A stretch of 64,000 bases of DNA, from IMG/VR virus record IMGVR_UViG_3300025407_001359, one strand, 5' to 3'. The notes under the pieces are model-generated. The model ran no database searches. It was not told the DNA's origin and worked only from the letters and a program-made list of their open reading frames with translations. Source of the DNA: a virus. Every line of letters begins with the position of its first letter. Position 1 is the stretch's first letter. Below, piece by piece: positions 7,254-19,265 of the stretch. Both the position numbers and the translations under genes were made by a program.

Positions 7254-8225
7254 ATGAATCAAACAAGAAAAATTCGCTGGTTAATTGCACACGAGCCTGT
7301 AAATCTATTTTTACGCACAGCCGAAGCATTTAAAGCTAAAATTGCCGAATTAACAGACAACCAATACGAAGTTGAAATTTTCACACCAACACAATACCGT
7401 GAAATGAATCAACTCGAAGTTAACCAAGCTACCCCACAACTTGACCCAATGTTAGGTATGGAAGCTGGCGAACTAGAAATGAGCCAACTGCACATTACAG
7501 AATTGGCCAAATGGCATAGCGCAGATTTCTTTGCACTAGAATTACCATTCCTATTCAAAGATCACGATCATTGCGCTCGTGTACTAGAAGGCCCAATCGG
7601 TAAAACTATGTTAGCTAACTTGCAAGATCGTAGCCCAGCTACTGGTTTAGCATTCACATATTCAGGTGGTTTCCGTTGCGTTGCTAGCGATGCAGAAATT
7701 ACAAGCCTAAGCGACTTGGAAGGTATCAAGTTTGCTACAACACACAACCCAGTAACTATCGACACAGTTGAAGCTATTGGTGCACAAGCTGAATCATTCA
7801 CAATCCAAGACTTTATTACCAAGTTCAAGGAAGAGGGTTACACAGCTGATGCGTTGGAAACAACAATTCCACGTTACCTAGCTCAGTTCCAAGACACAAG
7901 CAAGAAGTTCTTGACCAACACCAAGCACAATATGTTCTTGACCAGCATCATTATCAGCAACAAGTTCTTGGCAACTTTAGATGCTGACACACAAGCTAAA
8001 TTTAACGAAGCTTGTTTGTATGCTAGCCGTTTAGAGCGTCAGTGGTCAGTTGAAGATGCAGAGAAGTTTGCTGCCGACACAGCTAGCCAATCCGATCTAG
8101 GCATTGCATATCGTGAATTGACAGCTGAAGAAACAGCTGAACTAAAAGCTAAGACAGCTCCAATCGTTGAGAAGTACAAAGACTTCTTTACAGCTGGTTT
8201 GGTTGATGGTATCATCCGTTCATAA
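7254..8225 (+). CDS. dctP: TRAP transporter solute-binding protein (DctP family) with no signal peptide
   Basis: DctP-like segments LELPFLFKDHDH, YSGGFR, LSDLEGIK, TNTKHNMF; the sequence starts directly at the mature domain. Confidence 0.75.
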   Translation: MNQTRKIRWLIAHEPVNLFLRTAEAFKAKIAELTDNQYEVEIFTPTQYREMNQLEVNQATPQLDPMLGMEAGELEMSQLHITELAKWHSADFFALELPFLFKDHDHCARVLEGPIGKTMLANLQDRSPATGLAFTYSGGFRCVASDAEITSLSDLEGIKFATTHNPVTIDTVEAIGAQAESFTIQDFITKFKEEGYTADALETTIPRYLAQFQDTSKKFLTNTKHNMFLTSIIISNKFLATLDADTQAKFNEACLYASRLERQWSVEDAEKFAADTASQSDLGIAYRELTAEETAELKAKTAPIVEKYKDFFTAGLVDGIIRS

Positions 8226-8249
8226 TCAAACTGTAACAAAAATAAAAAG

Positions 8250-8274
8250 AGCACTTCTTGTAAGTGCTTTTTTT
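8250..8274 (+). terminator. Intrinsic terminator
   Basis: AGCACTT-CTTGT-AAGTGCT plus a T-run. Confidence 0.75.
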
Positions 8275-8296
8275 ATGACCGATAAATATTCGTGCA

Positions 8297-8815
8297 ATGA
8301 CATTTCAACAACAACTCGAACTTTGTACATTCAAAAGTTACTACGATAATTCAGTTCAAACTTTGGACTACAGCAAATTGTTTGCCAATCGGCGCACCTT
8401 GGTGTTCAGCATACCTACACCACTGCCCAGCATCAAACAATTTTTAAGATATGAAAATAACTATCAACAGTTGACAGATCGTGGTATATCGAAGATTGTA
8501 TGTGTAAGTTCGGATTATCTACTGATAGGTCCTTGGGCTGACAAACAAAGCAATCGTATTCGTGGCTTGGCCGACAACAACAAACAATTTGTTACGGCAT
8601 TGGCCGAACACTATCAAATTGATAAACCGGTAGATTATCTGGCCCGAGTCTGGCAGTACACCGTGGTTATCGACAACGGTATACCGGAACAACTATGGCA
8701 AAATCCTGTCAAGAATGATACAGCCTGGAAAATCATCAAGCATCCAAAATTTCGTTATCACGGATGTTGGCCAAATAAGGTAATAGAATATCTTGACAAC
8801 AGCAAAGTAAAATAA
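8297..8815 (+). CDS. Peroxiredoxin (Prx5/redoxin)-like protein lacking the peroxidatic Cys
   Basis: TLVFSIP...RGISKIVCVSSD...W...LADNNKQFVTAL aligns with Prx5; PxxxTxxC is replaced by PTPLPS. Confidence 0.55.
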   Translation: MTFQQQLELCTFKSYYDNSVQTLDYSKLFANRRTLVFSIPTPLPSIKQFLRYENNYQQLTDRGISKIVCVSSDYLLIGPWADKQSNRIRGLADNNKQFVTALAEHYQIDKPVDYLARVWQYTVVIDNGIPEQLWQNPVKNDTAWKIIKHPKFRYHGCWPNKVIEYLDNSKVK

Positions 8816-8831
8816 GTATAATATTAGTAAC

Positions 8832-8906
8832 GCCGGTTTAGCTCAGGGGTAGAGCAACCGCCTTGTAAGCGGTAGGTCGTCAGTTCAAATCCGACAACCG
8901 GCACCA
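8832..8906 (+). tRNA. tRNA-Thr(TGT)
   Basis: GCCGGTT/AACCGGC, CCGC-CTTGTAA-GCGG, ACCA; TTGACA(8793)-18-TATAAT upstream. Confidence 0.95.
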
Positions 8907-8949
8907 TTTTGTATTGGTAGAACTAAATATAATTATAAGGAGTTCTACT

Positions 8950-9375
8950 ATGACAATATATAAATGTCTTTGTTGCAAAAAAGAATCAGTTGCATCAAGA
9001 CAAAAAGTAAACAAGTATTGCAGCATTACTTGCCAAAAAGAATTTGAATATCAGACCAGAGTCAAGCAATGGCTAGTTGAAGGCAAAGACTGGAAAGGAA
9101 TGATACCAAATTGGGTACGTCGTGCGCTAGAAGAAAAATACGGTCATAAATGCAGTAGATGCCAGATAACAGAATATTATAATGAACCAATGGTTTTAGA
9201 AGTTGATCACATAGATGGAAATAGTACCAATAACACTATTAAAAATCTAAGATTACTTTGTCCAAATTGCCATAGTCAAACACCAACATATAAAAACAGA
9301 AACGTAGGTAACGGTAGAGCATCACGAAGAAAGAAGTTATGTCAGAAGAAAAGAAGTCAAAAAATCCTTTTATAG
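8950..9375 (+). mobile_element. HNH homing endonuclease gene next to tRNA-Thr
   Basis: CSRC...LEVDHIDGNSTNNTIKNLRLLCPNCH; N-terminal CxxC...YCSxxC. Confidence 0.85.
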
Positions 9376-9515
9376 CAGCTGCAATGGCTGCCAAAGCGGC
9401 AGCCGCTAATCCCCGAGTACCGGGCGCCCGAACAGCACAAGTGCAAAATGCCAAATTTGGCAATCAAGTCAGCACAAACAAACCAGCCAAAAAATCAGCA
9501 GGACGCGGTAGATAA
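9339..9515 (+). CDS. Small basic Ala/Lys-rich protein (58 aa, MSEEKKSKNPFIAAAMAAK...), overlapping the HNH 3' end
   Basis: Read manually; open frame ATG 9339 to TAA 9515. Confidence 0.55.
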   Translation: MSEEKKSKNPFIAAAMAAKAAAANPRVPGARTAQVQNAKFGNQVSTNKPAKKSAGRGR

Positions 9516-9585
9516 TCAAAATCGTTGACAAGTAATTCAATAGGTGTTAAACTAGCTACTAGTTAAACCCTAAATGGAGAAGTTG

Positions 9586-9750
9586 ATGTTTGAGTCATTA
9601 GAAATCCGCCGTGCGGCCAATGGTTTTATTTTGGTAGTTAACACCGAAGAAGAAGCCACAGAATATGTTTACGATACCGAACGCAAATTGATTCGTGTTG
9701 TCAAACAGTATCTGGGTGAGCGAGTAAGTCGAGACGAAACAGTAGATTAA
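9586..9750 (+). CDS. Small hypothetical protein (54 aa, MFESLEIRRAANGFILVV...)
   Basis: GGAG RBS; TAATG coupling to the next gene. Confidence 0.7.
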   Translation: MFESLEIRRAANGFILVVNTEEEATEYVYDTERKLIRVVKQYLGERVSRDETVD

Positions 9751-10310
9751 TGGGTTTATTAAAGACGTTTGATTTATCTGCATATGGTTGTAATGTTTAT
9801 GTAGAAACAGGTATTGGTCAAGGCAACACCTTGAGCAAGGCCGTTCCTGTATTTGAACGTTGCTTCAGCGTTGACCTAGATCGGGAATTGTTTGAAGCGG
9901 CACAAAAGAGATTTCCTACTGCTACACTTTACAATGGCCTGTCAACAGAGGCCCTGGAGCACTGGTTGTCTACTGGCCAACTTGCAGACGATGACCGTGT
10001 GTTATTTTTCTTAGATGCACATTTCCCCAACTCTGATTTTCGCGGCGCTCCTTACAATGTTGACTCCCCCAGTGCTGTACCATTACAGCGCGAATTAGAA
10101 TTGATCAAGCAGTATCGCCCCGCAGGTCGCGATTACATCATATGCGACGACTTACGAATCTATTGTCAAGGTCCGTTTGAAGAAGGTAACTGTCCGGATA
10201 TACAAGTCCCCGGTGGACTGACATTTTTGAATGATTTATATCCCCGGAGTCGGATCACCTTAGACTACAGGGAAACTGGTTACTTATTAATTGATTTAAG
10301 AAATGAGTGA
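9750..10310 (+). CDS. Class I SAM-dependent methyltransferase-like protein
   Basis: YVETGIGQG, SVDLD, LFFLDAH, ICDD. Confidence 0.6.
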   Translation: MGLLKTFDLSAYGCNVYVETGIGQGNTLSKAVPVFERCFSVDLDRELFEAAQKRFPTATLYNGLSTEALEHWLSTGQLADDDRVLFFLDAHFPNSDFRGAPYNVDSPSAVPLQRELELIKQYRPAGRDYIICDDLRIYCQGPFEEGNCPDIQVPGGLTFLNDLYPRSRITLDYRETGYLLIDLRNE

Positions 10311-10890
10311 CGAAACTACCAAAGCACGACTACGCCGAGCAACAGACTCTAGATACGTTACACAATATTTTGTTGGCAACGGCATTGACATCGGATGCGG
10401 TGAGGACACCTTAGGCAAACATCGGGACCATTACACTAATATTATTTCTGTAAAAGCCTGGGATTTACCCGACGGCGATGCACAGTATATGAACGGTGTT
10501 GCGGATAATACATTTGACTTTGTACACAGTAGTCATTGTTTGGAACACCTTCGCGACCCGCACGAAGGGTTGAGCAATTGGATACGTATATGTCGTCCAG
10601 GCGGTTATATTGTTGTAACTATACCCGAAGAAGATCTATACGAGCAAGGTGTTTGGCCTAGCCGATTCAATACTGACCATAAAACTTCTTGGACTATTGC
10701 CAAGACTGACAGCTGGAGCCCGGTCAGCATCAGTCTTGTTCCCTTCTTGTACGGATTCATTGATCAGATTCAAATAGTCAAAATAGAATTAATCGACCAC
10801 AAGTACGATTATACAGTAAAATCTGTAGATCAAACCAGAGGCCTAGCAGAATCTGCCATTGAATTTATTATTTGTAAAAGAAATGTTTGA
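10303..10890 (+). CDS. SAM-dependent methyltransferase (type 11-like)
   Basis: GIDIGCG, FDFVHSSHCLEH, RICRPGG. Confidence 0.85.
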   Translation: MSDETTKARLRRATDSRYVTQYFVGNGIDIGCGEDTLGKHRDHYTNIISVKAWDLPDGDAQYMNGVADNTFDFVHSSHCLEHLRDPHEGLSNWIRICRPGGYIVVTIPEEDLYEQGVWPSRFNTDHKTSWTIAKTDSWSPVSISLVPFLYGFIDQIQIVKIELIDHKYDYTVKSVDQTRGLAESAIEFIICKRNV

Positions 10891-11650
10891 TTTTGTTTAT
10901 AACCAGAATCTTGGTATTGGTGATTGTCTATCAGTATTTAATACCAATCTTCCGGTCTGGAGTCCTAGTCCACACTATGCAATACTAAGAAAATATACTT
11001 CTTTAACTACGCTTGATACTCCAATCGGCAACGGGTTAGATGTTACTAGCCTACACGACCGAGATATGAGTCATCATCATTTGTTTAATCGAGTGCGTAT
11101 TGCAACTGGGGTTGACCCAATCAAAAACCCACGTGCAATATTAGACCTAATAGAATACCGCCCCAAAAAAGATAATATTGCTTTTAGTTTTGATGCAGGC
11201 CGCTTTGCTTCGGGGCAACATCATTTTCACACCCGTCCTCGTCAATTGTATGATGAACACAAACAAACTGTACAAGAATTTATTTCGGCCAATTGCGATA
11301 AATTTAATTTCATTGAAATAGGGTTACAACCGAGTGGATTTAACAATTCGCTCAATTTAACAGATATTGGTCTAGAAAAAACTATTGATATATTATCTGT
11401 ATGCTGTAGTTATTTTGGTATGCACTCAGGAATGATGCACCTGGCAACTGCCATTGGTGTACCTTGCACCATTGTTATCAATTTTCCTACCATTGATAGA
11501 ATATATTCTAATCCGGCAGTACACAACAGCGCAGATAAAGTGGAGTGGGAAAAGCAATGGTTATATCCTCAACATAGATATTTGCACGAAGATGTAATTA
11601 ATTCTAAATATGCAATAACGGTAGAGAATTTGTCAAACGTGTTACAATAA
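10883..11650 (+). CDS. GT9 (heptosyltransferase)-like glycosyltransferase
   Basis: LGIGDCL; YFGMHSGMMHLATAIGVPCTIV. Confidence 0.65.
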   Translation: MFDFVYNQNLGIGDCLSVFNTNLPVWSPSPHYAILRKYTSLTTLDTPIGNGLDVTSLHDRDMSHHHLFNRVRIATGVDPIKNPRAILDLIEYRPKKDNIAFSFDAGRFASGQHHFHTRPRQLYDEHKQTVQEFISANCDKFNFIEIGLQPSGFNNSLNLTDIGLEKTIDILSVCCSYFGMHSGMMHLATAIGVPCTIVINFPTIDRIYSNPAVHNSADKVEWEKQWLYPQHRYLHEDVINSKYAITVENLSNVLQ

Positions 11651-11689
11651 GCATTAAATATCGTATACTAAACAATTTGAAAGAATAGA

Positions 11690-12268
11690 ATGACACTACA
11701 AGAAATGTTAGACTTAACCGGTCAACGTAAACCATCATTTGAAATAATGATTGAGCATTTGAAAACCAAAGAAGATCCATTTATTGTCGAAACTGGCTGC
11801 GCTCGTATGGAAAACAATTTTGACGGCGACGGTATGAGTACCCTTATATTTGACAAATACATTAACGATCATAACGGAATTTTTTGCTCGGTTGATATTA
11901 CTCCTGCCAATGTCGAATTTGCAAGATCAAAAATAAGCAACAAAACCAATTTGGTATGTGGCGATAGTGTTAGTTTTTTATGGCAGTTATCCAAACAGCT
12001 AGAGGAAGCAGACACCTATATTGATCTGTTGTATCTTGATAGTTTTGATTTTGAGTTACATAATCCGCACCCAAGTTCGTTGCATCATTTAAAAGAATTA
12101 ACTGCAATAATTTCTCGTTTAAAATCAGGTACTATGATTTCGGTTGATGATAATCATTTTGTCCCCGGCGGCCGTATTGGCAAGGGCGAGTATGTTGATA
12201 AATTTTTTACAGACATTGGAGTTAAAAAAATTTATAACGGATATCAATATATCTGGCTAATAGAATAA
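11690..12268 (+). CDS. SAM-dependent methyltransferase (Methyltransf_24-like)
   Basis: IVETGCAR, CSVDI, GDSVSFL, DLLYLDS, ISVDD. Confidence 0.75.
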   Translation: MTLQEMLDLTGQRKPSFEIMIEHLKTKEDPFIVETGCARMENNFDGDGMSTLIFDKYINDHNGIFCSVDITPANVEFARSKISNKTNLVCGDSVSFLWQLSKQLEEADTYIDLLYLDSFDFELHNPHPSSLHHLKELTAIISRLKSGTMISVDDNHFVPGGRIGKGEYVDKFFTDIGVKKIYNGYQYIWLIE

Positions 12269-12278
12269 AAGGTAAAAA

Positions 12279-13319
12279 ATGTCAAAAACAGTATTAATAA
12301 CAGGTGGTGCCGGATTTATTGCACATCACGTGATTGATAAGATCTTACGAGACACAGACTGGCGCATTGTCTGTTTAGATCGACTAGATATTTCTGGCAA
12401 CTTAAATCGTCTACACGATATGCTACAGGATCACGATCGTGCAGAAGTAGCTGCTCGCTTACGCATTGTGTTTCACGACCTTAAAGCTGAACTAAATGAA
12501 ATGATTGTCAAGGACATTGGCCCAGTTGATATTGTCCTACATTTGGCCGCTGGATCGCACGTGGATCGCTCAATCACCTTCCCAATGGAGTTTGTACAAG
12601 ACAACACAGTAGGCACAGTCAATATGTTGGACTATGCTCGCAAGCACCTGCCCAACCTAGAACGCTTTGTATACTTTAGCACAGATGAAATCTTTGGTGT
12701 TGCTCCCCCGGGTGTTAGCTATAAAGAATATGATCGCTATAATTCAACTAACCCTTATTCAGCAAGTAAAGCGGCTGCAGAAGAGTTTTGCGTGGCCTAC
12801 GAAAATACCTACAAGATGCCAATTGTTGTCACCCACACTATGAACGTGTTTGGTGAGCGCCAGCATCCAGAAAAGTTTATTCCAATGTGTATCCAACGTG
12901 CTAGAGATGGCGAAAAGGTTTATATCCACGCTAACCCAGAAAAGACCGAAGCCGGCACACGTATGTACATACACGCAAAGGATGTAGCCGAAGGACTGAT
13001 GTTTATTCTAAACACACTACCTCAAGACTACAAACACACTGGCGATTATGGCCACGCACATTGCCCCAAGTTTAACCTGGTAGGCACAGAAGAAATTGAT
13101 AACTTGACTTTGGCGCAGATGATTGCTGATGCACAGGGTAAAGAACTTAACTACGAAATGGTTGACTTCCACGGAAGCCGACCAGGCCACGACTTGCGTT
13201 ATGCCCTTGATGGCGGCTTGTTAAAGAGCCTAGGGTGGGAACCTACAATTAAACTAAGTGAACGCATTCGAGAAATGACTCTTTGGACTTTGGAGAATAC
13301 ACGTTGGCTCAGCAAATAA
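12279..13319 (+). CDS. rmlB: dTDP-glucose 4,6-dehydratase-like SDR enzyme
   Basis: TGGAGFIA, HLAAGSHVDRS, STDE, YSASK, RPGHDLRY. Confidence 0.85.
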   Translation: MSKTVLITGGAGFIAHHVIDKILRDTDWRIVCLDRLDISGNLNRLHDMLQDHDRAEVAARLRIVFHDLKAELNEMIVKDIGPVDIVLHLAAGSHVDRSITFPMEFVQDNTVGTVNMLDYARKHLPNLERFVYFSTDEIFGVAPPGVSYKEYDRYNSTNPYSASKAAAEEFCVAYENTYKMPIVVTHTMNVFGERQHPEKFIPMCIQRARDGEKVYIHANPEKTEAGTRMYIHAKDVAEGLMFILNTLPQDYKHTGDYGHAHCPKFNLVGTEEIDNLTLAQMIADAQGKELNYEMVDFHGSRPGHDLRYALDGGLLKSLGWEPTIKLSERIREMTLWTLENTRWLSK

Positions 13320-14035
13320 AACACGCCTTTATAGTAACGTCGGCTATTAACAGCAAATTTGGTGTATACACACCCGAACAAAGACTGGAACAAACCATTG
13401 GTACCATAGACAGTATCAAGGCACGAATTCCCAATGCCAAGATTGTCGTGATGGAATGTTGTGGTACTCCTCCTACCGCAGAACAACGAGCTCGATTAGA
13501 ATCTGTGTCAGATGTATTTCTTGACTACAGTACGGATCCTGATGTACAAGATATGTACGACAATGATAACTGGGACGTGGTCAAGAACGGCACAGAAATT
13601 ATGGTATTTGGCCGAGTGCTAAACGAACTCAAAGCTCGCAATTGGTTTGCAGAAAATAAAATCGATCGCATACACAAAATGTCCGGGCGTTATGTATTAA
13701 ACGATATGTTTGATCCCGACACATACGATCAACTTGAAATTGAAGATAAAATAATTATTGGCCCAAAACATAAAAGTCAATTTTCCCTAGCAACAACTAC
13801 AGTACCACTACAGTATATGGCTCGCTTATGGTCGTGGCCTACCGCACGATTAGATGAAGTAATCTCAGTCTACGAAGATAGTTTTTTATTCTTTGCAGAA
13901 CGATTGGCCAACAATGGTTATATAGATATTGAACACGTACTGTATAAATTTTTAAATCCCGATCACGTACACGAAATACAAAATCTTGGTGTGGAAGGTT
14001 GTATTGCACCAACTGGACAGGCTATTAAAAACTAA
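13304..14035 (+). CDS. Hypothetical protein in the glycosylation cluster (start uncertain, TTG)
   Basis: Long ORF overlapping both neighbours. Confidence 0.65.
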   Translation: MAQQIKHAFIVTSAINSKFGVYTPEQRLEQTIGTIDSIKARIPNAKIVVMECCGTPPTAEQRARLESVSDVFLDYSTDPDVQDMYDNDNWDVVKNGTEIMVFGRVLNELKARNWFAENKIDRIHKMSGRYVLNDMFDPDTYDQLEIEDKIIIGPKHKSQFSLATTTVPLQYMARLWSWPTARLDEVISVYEDSFLFFAERLANNGYIDIEHVLYKFLNPDHVHEIQNLGVEGCIAPTGQAIKN

Positions 14036-15240
14036 TGAACGATTGTAACCCTATTACAGAATGTTTGGCCTGTGGCGGGTCTTGGCTAGTACCCACATTG
14101 GATCTAGGTACACAGCCCTTGGCTAATAACTTTAAATCTGGCCCAGCAGAACCAGAACCCAGTTATCCACTTGCAATTAATCGCTGTGGCGACTGTGATC
14201 ATTTACAACTTACACACGCAGTTGATCCCCAACTAATTTATACACACTATCTATATGTAAGTGGCACATCGGGTACCTATGTAGAATATATGAATTGGTA
14301 CGCCCGTTTTGTTCGTGAGCACTTCAATCACTGGACATCAAGTGTGTTAGACATTGGCTGCAACGATGGCAGTCAACTAGATGCATTTAAATCAATTGGC
14401 TATGCTACCTATGGTGTAGATCCGGCCAAAAACTTATATCCCACAAGTAGTGCAAAACACTCAGTGGTTTGTGGGTTCTGGAATGAAGAAACAGCTAACG
14501 GACTCGGTAGAGACTTTGACGTTATTACAAGTCAAAACGCATTCGCCCACATTCCAGATCCATTGAGTTATCTTAAACTAGCCCGAGACTATTTAAAGAA
14601 CGACGGCAAAATCTTTATTAGCACAAGTCAAGCGGATATGGTTGTCAATGGTGAGTTTGATACTATCTATCACGAACATATTAGCTACTACAATGCCGAG
14701 TCAATGAAGGCACTGGCAGAACGTGCCGGTCTATATCTAGTTGATGTAGTTAAAACTCCTATACACGGAACAAGTTATATTTTTGTATTGGCTAAACAGC
14801 CCAACAATCAATATCGTATTGAAAATGTTCTAGCTACAGAAAGCCATCTACATCAAGGATCTACTTATCGTAAGTGGGCGGATGGAGTAAATCAATTGCT
14901 AATAGATCTCAAAGATCAACTTGACGAGTATCGTCATTGGGGATATAAGATTGTTGGCTACGGTGCAGCCGCCAAAGGTATGACGCTAATCAACGCCAGC
15001 AACATTACCCTAGATTGTGTTGTTGACGATAATCCGTTGAAGCAAGGATTATATTGCCCGGGTACTACAATACCGGTGGTCAGCAGTGACTATATCAAAT
15101 CAATTGCCAAGGACCAGCTGGTTGTGTTTGTGCCATTGGCCTGGAATTTTTACACAGAAATAGTTGGTAAGATTAAAAAAATTAGACAATCTGAAAAAGA
15201 TATGTTCTTGCGTTATTTCCCTGAAATCATAACAGAATGA
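14035..15240 (+). CDS. NDP-hexose C-methyltransferase (Zn-binding N-terminus plus C-methyltransferase C-terminal domain)
   Basis: CLACG...LDLGTQPLANNF...CGDCDHLQL; DIGCNDG; IYHEHISYY; GYGAAAKG; VVDDNPLKQG. Confidence 0.85.
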   Translation: MNDCNPITECLACGGSWLVPTLDLGTQPLANNFKSGPAEPEPSYPLAINRCGDCDHLQLTHAVDPQLIYTHYLYVSGTSGTYVEYMNWYARFVREHFNHWTSSVLDIGCNDGSQLDAFKSIGYATYGVDPAKNLYPTSSAKHSVVCGFWNEETANGLGRDFDVITSQNAFAHIPDPLSYLKLARDYLKNDGKIFISTSQADMVVNGEFDTIYHEHISYYNAESMKALAERAGLYLVDVVKTPIHGTSYIFVLAKQPNNQYRIENVLATESHLHQGSTYRKWADGVNQLLIDLKDQLDEYRHWGYKIVGYGAAAKGMTLINASNITLDCVVDDNPLKQGLYCPGTTIPVVSSDYIKSIAKDQLVVFVPLAWNFYTEIVGKIKKIRQSEKDMFLRYFPEIITE

Positions 15241-16121
15241 AAATAGAAACTCCACTCAACATACTTGTTAGACGTAGAGCCGCCATTGGCGATGTTATTA
15301 TGACCACTGGTGTTGTTCGCGAACTTAAAAAACAATATGAAAATTCTAATATTGATGTAGTAACAGAAAAACTAGCAGTATGGCGTAACAATCCGCACAT
15401 ACGCAATATGTATCACGTGAATGATCCTCCCACAATTGAAAACTATGACGTGTATATTAATTTAGACAACGCATACGAATCTAATCCTGTTAATCATTTT
15501 GTAGACAGTATGTTTTACCGTGCATTTGGAGATAACGTATTGGACCACAGCGTTGAGCTTTTTCCGGACGACAATGATCGGCAAGTAGTTGAAGAATTTC
15601 TTAAACCTGTGGGCGATAGGTTTGTTGTAGTCCATATGCGTAATTGGCATTATGCTCAAAAAAATATTTCTATGGATATTTGGTTTGACGTTTATGCAAG
15701 ATTATTTGAAGCTCGCACAGATTTCAAAGTAGTTTGTGTTGGTGGTCCAACAGATTATGTTATTGATCATCCCCTGTTTGTAGATGCTAGAGAACAGTTC
15801 AACGATCAACAGTTAAAGTATCTATGCGACCACGCATTATGTTTTGTAGGCATTGACTCGGGGCCTTATTGGTGTGCAGCTGCCAGCAAAGCACCTATAG
15901 TAGCATTACTTACAAACATACCGGTAGACAGCATACTGCCACACCGTAAACGTGTGATGGGATATAATTGCACAGCAGTACAGACACTTGAAGAATGTCG
16001 TGGATGCTACAACGAACAACAACGTCCTGTAGTAACCTGGACCTGTAAAAAGGGCACAACACCTTGTAACAACAATTTTGATGTTACGGCAATAACAACA
16101 GCAATAGAAAGCTATCTATGA
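15237..16121 (+). CDS. GT9 heptosyltransferase-like glycosyltransferase
   Basis: RRRAAIGDVIMTT; FVGIDSGPYWCAAA; C-terminal CRGC. Confidence 0.8.
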   Translation: MKIETPLNILVRRRAAIGDVIMTTGVVRELKKQYENSNIDVVTEKLAVWRNNPHIRNMYHVNDPPTIENYDVYINLDNAYESNPVNHFVDSMFYRAFGDNVLDHSVELFPDDNDRQVVEEFLKPVGDRFVVVHMRNWHYAQKNISMDIWFDVYARLFEARTDFKVVCVGGPTDYVIDHPLFVDAREQFNDQQLKYLCDHALCFVGIDSGPYWCAAASKAPIVALLTNIPVDSILPHRKRVMGYNCTAVQTLEECRGCYNEQQRPVVTWTCKKGTTPCNNNFDVTAITTAIESYL

Positions 16122-16492
16122 TTATAATGGCACCAATTAGTGTAGGCGAACTAATAGATAAAATTACTATCCTACAAATTAAACAAACTAAGATTACCGA
16201 CGAAGCCAAGCTAGTGAATGTACGGCGAGAGTTGGCACAGTTACTAGCCATCTTTGATGACCTAATCATTCCCGACGTGTCCGACCGCGCAAATCGTTTG
16301 AGAGAAATCAATGCAGAGCTTTGGGACATTGAAGATTTTAAAAGACTATGCGAACGAGATGGTGCATTTGGTACACAGTTTATACAAGCGGCTCGCCAGG
16401 TCTACATAAAAAATGATCTACGTGCCCAGTTGAAACGAGATATTAACGTACAATGTGGCAGTACCATGGTAGAAGAAAAAAGTTATAAATGA
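16118..16492 (+). CDS. Conserved phage helical protein (DUF6165-like)
   Basis: APISVGELIDKITILQIK...INAELWDIED...VYIKNDLRAQLKRDIN. Confidence 0.65.
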   Translation: MIIMAPISVGELIDKITILQIKQTKITDEAKLVNVRRELAQLLAIFDDLIIPDVSDRANRLREINAELWDIEDFKRLCERDGAFGTQFIQAARQVYIKNDLRAQLKRDINVQCGSTMVEEKSYK

Positions 16493-17250
16493 AAACCTAT
16501 AGACATTCGGGTACCCTAGGTGACTTAATCTACAGTTTATACATAGTCAAAAAAATGGGTGGTGGCGAATTTCAGGTTGGTATAGAAAACCTTGAACCTT
16601 GCCTAGCCAAGTACGGCTACGACCCTGCTGGGGTAGACACACAACATCGTGGACGTTTTACTACGCAAGATTTTGAATGGCTTGCTCCGTTGTTGGAACG
16701 TCAAACTTATATTACAGACGTTGTTACCTGGCACCCAGGTGATGCTGAGCCTGAGGTAGACCTGGACCGTTACCGTGCGGTGCTCTACCGCACATTTGAA
16801 GGTAACATACTACAGGCATACCATAAAACATTTGGCATTCCGTTCTTGATGTCAGATTATGATACTCCTTGGTTAGAAGCAGACGCTCGTACAGTGAAAC
16901 CCATTGTAGTAACACGTTCGGCAAGATACCGCCCAGCTGACGGGGAAGAAGGTTGGCGCAATATTATTGAAACAGGTATGCTTGCTGATAATGCTGTATT
17001 TGTGGGTATTCCAAGCGAGTACGAAGATTTTACTAAAACTTTTGGTATTGATCTTGAGTATTATCAAGCCCGGGACTTTTTGGATTTGGCCAATGTGATA
17101 GCTGGCGCTGATCTAGTGGTGTGTAATCAGGGCTTTACTTACAGTTTGGCAATTGGCCTGGGTCGTGCAACCGTTTTGGAAGCCAACAAAATAGTACCCT
17201 TACAAATAAACGAGTGCTTCTTCCCAAGAACAAATTGTCAATATTTCTGA
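16489..17250 (+). CDS. GT9-like glycosyltransferase
   Basis: HSGTLGDLIYSL; LANVIAGADLVVCNQG. Confidence 0.6.
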   Translation: MKTYRHSGTLGDLIYSLYIVKKMGGGEFQVGIENLEPCLAKYGYDPAGVDTQHRGRFTTQDFEWLAPLLERQTYITDVVTWHPGDAEPEVDLDRYRAVLYRTFEGNILQAYHKTFGIPFLMSDYDTPWLEADARTVKPIVVTRSARYRPADGEEGWRNIIETGMLADNAVFVGIPSEYEDFTKTFGIDLEYYQARDFLDLANVIAGADLVVCNQGFTYSLAIGLGRATVLEANKIVPLQINECFFPRTNCQYF

Positions 17251-17340
17251 GATAAATATTTTTGCGGTAGTTGTTGACAATGCCGCAATCTTGTAGTACA
17301 ATAAACAAACTAAATTTTATTCATTTCATTAAAGGAGATT

Positions 17341-19265
<1,925 letters not shown>

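Noticed and set aside
17251-17340. CIRCE or sigma32 control of groESL
   Set aside because: No TTAGCACTC-N9-GAGTGCTAA inverted repeat; only a sigma70-type promoter and TAAATA are seen.
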